From: Lobosporangium transversale | Taxonomy: Eukaryota | DNA length: 64,000 nucleotides | NCBI RefSeq assembly: GCF_002105155.1 | Contig: NW_019028993.1 | Span: 620,001 to 684,000, forward strand | Direction of reading: 5' to 3' | In this document: one piece after another, positions 63,001 through 64,000 of the stretch | How positions within the stretch are numbered: the first letter of the stretch is position 1 | Layout: each line of letters begins with the position of its first letter | The notes under the pieces: model-generated | What the model saw: only the letters and a program-made list of their open reading frames with translations | What the model was told of the DNA's origin: nothing | Databases searched by the model: none | Position numbers and translations under genes: made by a program

Positions 63001-64000
63001 TTGTATGGCTCAGTTTGGACCGAATGAGCCTTACTTTATCGAGCGTGATTTGGTCACCCCGCCCTTAGAGCTCCAGCGTCTGGTCTTTCCTTGGATTGAG
63101 GAAAATTTTGATAAACATATGCCGGAGAGAGCTGACTCCTGGAGAGAGGAGTGCACCAAAGAAATGCTGGGGGTCGATCCAAATGTCCCGACAGACGAAG
63201 ACATTTTTTGGACGCCAATCGAGAAGAAGACGAGCTCGAAACGATTGACCCGTGCCTTCAGCACTGACTCCCTTGTTACACGCATTGGGTTCCTCAAACT
63301 TCTTGTGCGTATGAGGCGAGTAATCCTTCAGGATGCAGTGCTCTTTTTGAAGCCGAACGACAAGGGGAAAATGTTGGAGAACAAACTCCTCGAATCGTTA
63401 CCAGAAATCTTTGGTTGCCAGCTCTTTCTGGATTTCCAACATCAATTGCTTCGGGCCATCGACGTACATCGCCGACAAGCAGGCATCATCCAAGCGGATG
63501 TGCCAGTTAATGCGCAAACTATGGTAAGCGCCATTAACACGTTGTCGGTAGAGGCGCGGGTCTTTCATCAACTCCAGCATGAGACGGTCCAGAAGCTCGA
63601 GGCCCTATCCACCCTTGTGACAGAGCAACAGGAGCAACAGAGGCAGCAACAGGAGCAACAGAGGCAGCAACAGGAGCAAATCCACTTACTTCTCCAATCG
63701 CTGCAGCAGCAACAAAGCGCAAATGTGCGGCAGCCTTTTCCATATCATGTGCAGTCTTGCCCGCCCTTTGTGTTTAATCCTTCTCCATTGGCGCCAGCAC
63801 AGAGCCGCCTAGCTTCTTTTCCTTCGGTTCCTCAGGCTCCTACTACGCAGGGCCTATATCAAGCTCGCCAGGCCGCTCCACCGCAACAGCAGCCATTATT
63901 TTCCAACCAATTGCCACCATGTCCTCAGCAACAGCATCCATATCAACATAGCCATGTGCAGGCTCCAATGACCTCAGAGCAGACACAACGATTGCCGGAA
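60058..64000 (+). mobile_element. Crypton copy 2, truncated by the window end
   Basis: Appears identical to copy 1 except for one extra T in the intron-2 poly(T) (offset changes from 4844 to 4845). Confidence 0.9.
60414..64000 (+). CDS. Crypton tyrosine recombinase, copy 2 (3' end outside the window)
   Basis: Same exons as copy 1 (ATG 60414; exon 4 from 62678). Catalytic motifs are intact. Confidence 0.85.

Overview
Eukaryotic, intron-containing fungal DNA with very long poly(A)/poly(T) tracts. The gene families present suggest an early-diverging fungus, probably Mortierellaceae (inference). Housekeeping genes: an RPEL-repeat protein, head-to-head mitoribosomal MRPL6/MRP2, a C9orf72-like DENN protein, a CsbD-like protein, eRF3/SUP35, a 4-TM protein, a REX1B-like protein, chorismate synthase ARO2 and glutamate-cysteine ligase GSH1. 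These alternate with TE and pseudogene tracts: RNase III, Harbinger, LRR, WD40 and Crinkler-like relics, a complete non-autonomous hAT element with an 8-bp TSD, two Helitron 3' ends, and an intact intronless DUF1917/BLES03 gene. The highlight is a head-to-tail tandem array (at least 2 copies, 4844-bp unit, from 55214 to beyond the window end) of an apparently intact Crypton tyrosine-recombinase element. Its copy-copy junction is a loxP/dif/attP-like site (16-bp inverted arms around a 7-bp spacer) with accessory repeats, and its left end looks like a hybrid attL site. A second notable structure is a ~13-kb accessory tract bracketed by a direct duplication of the ARO2 3' end. Exon coordinates were read by eye from splice signals.
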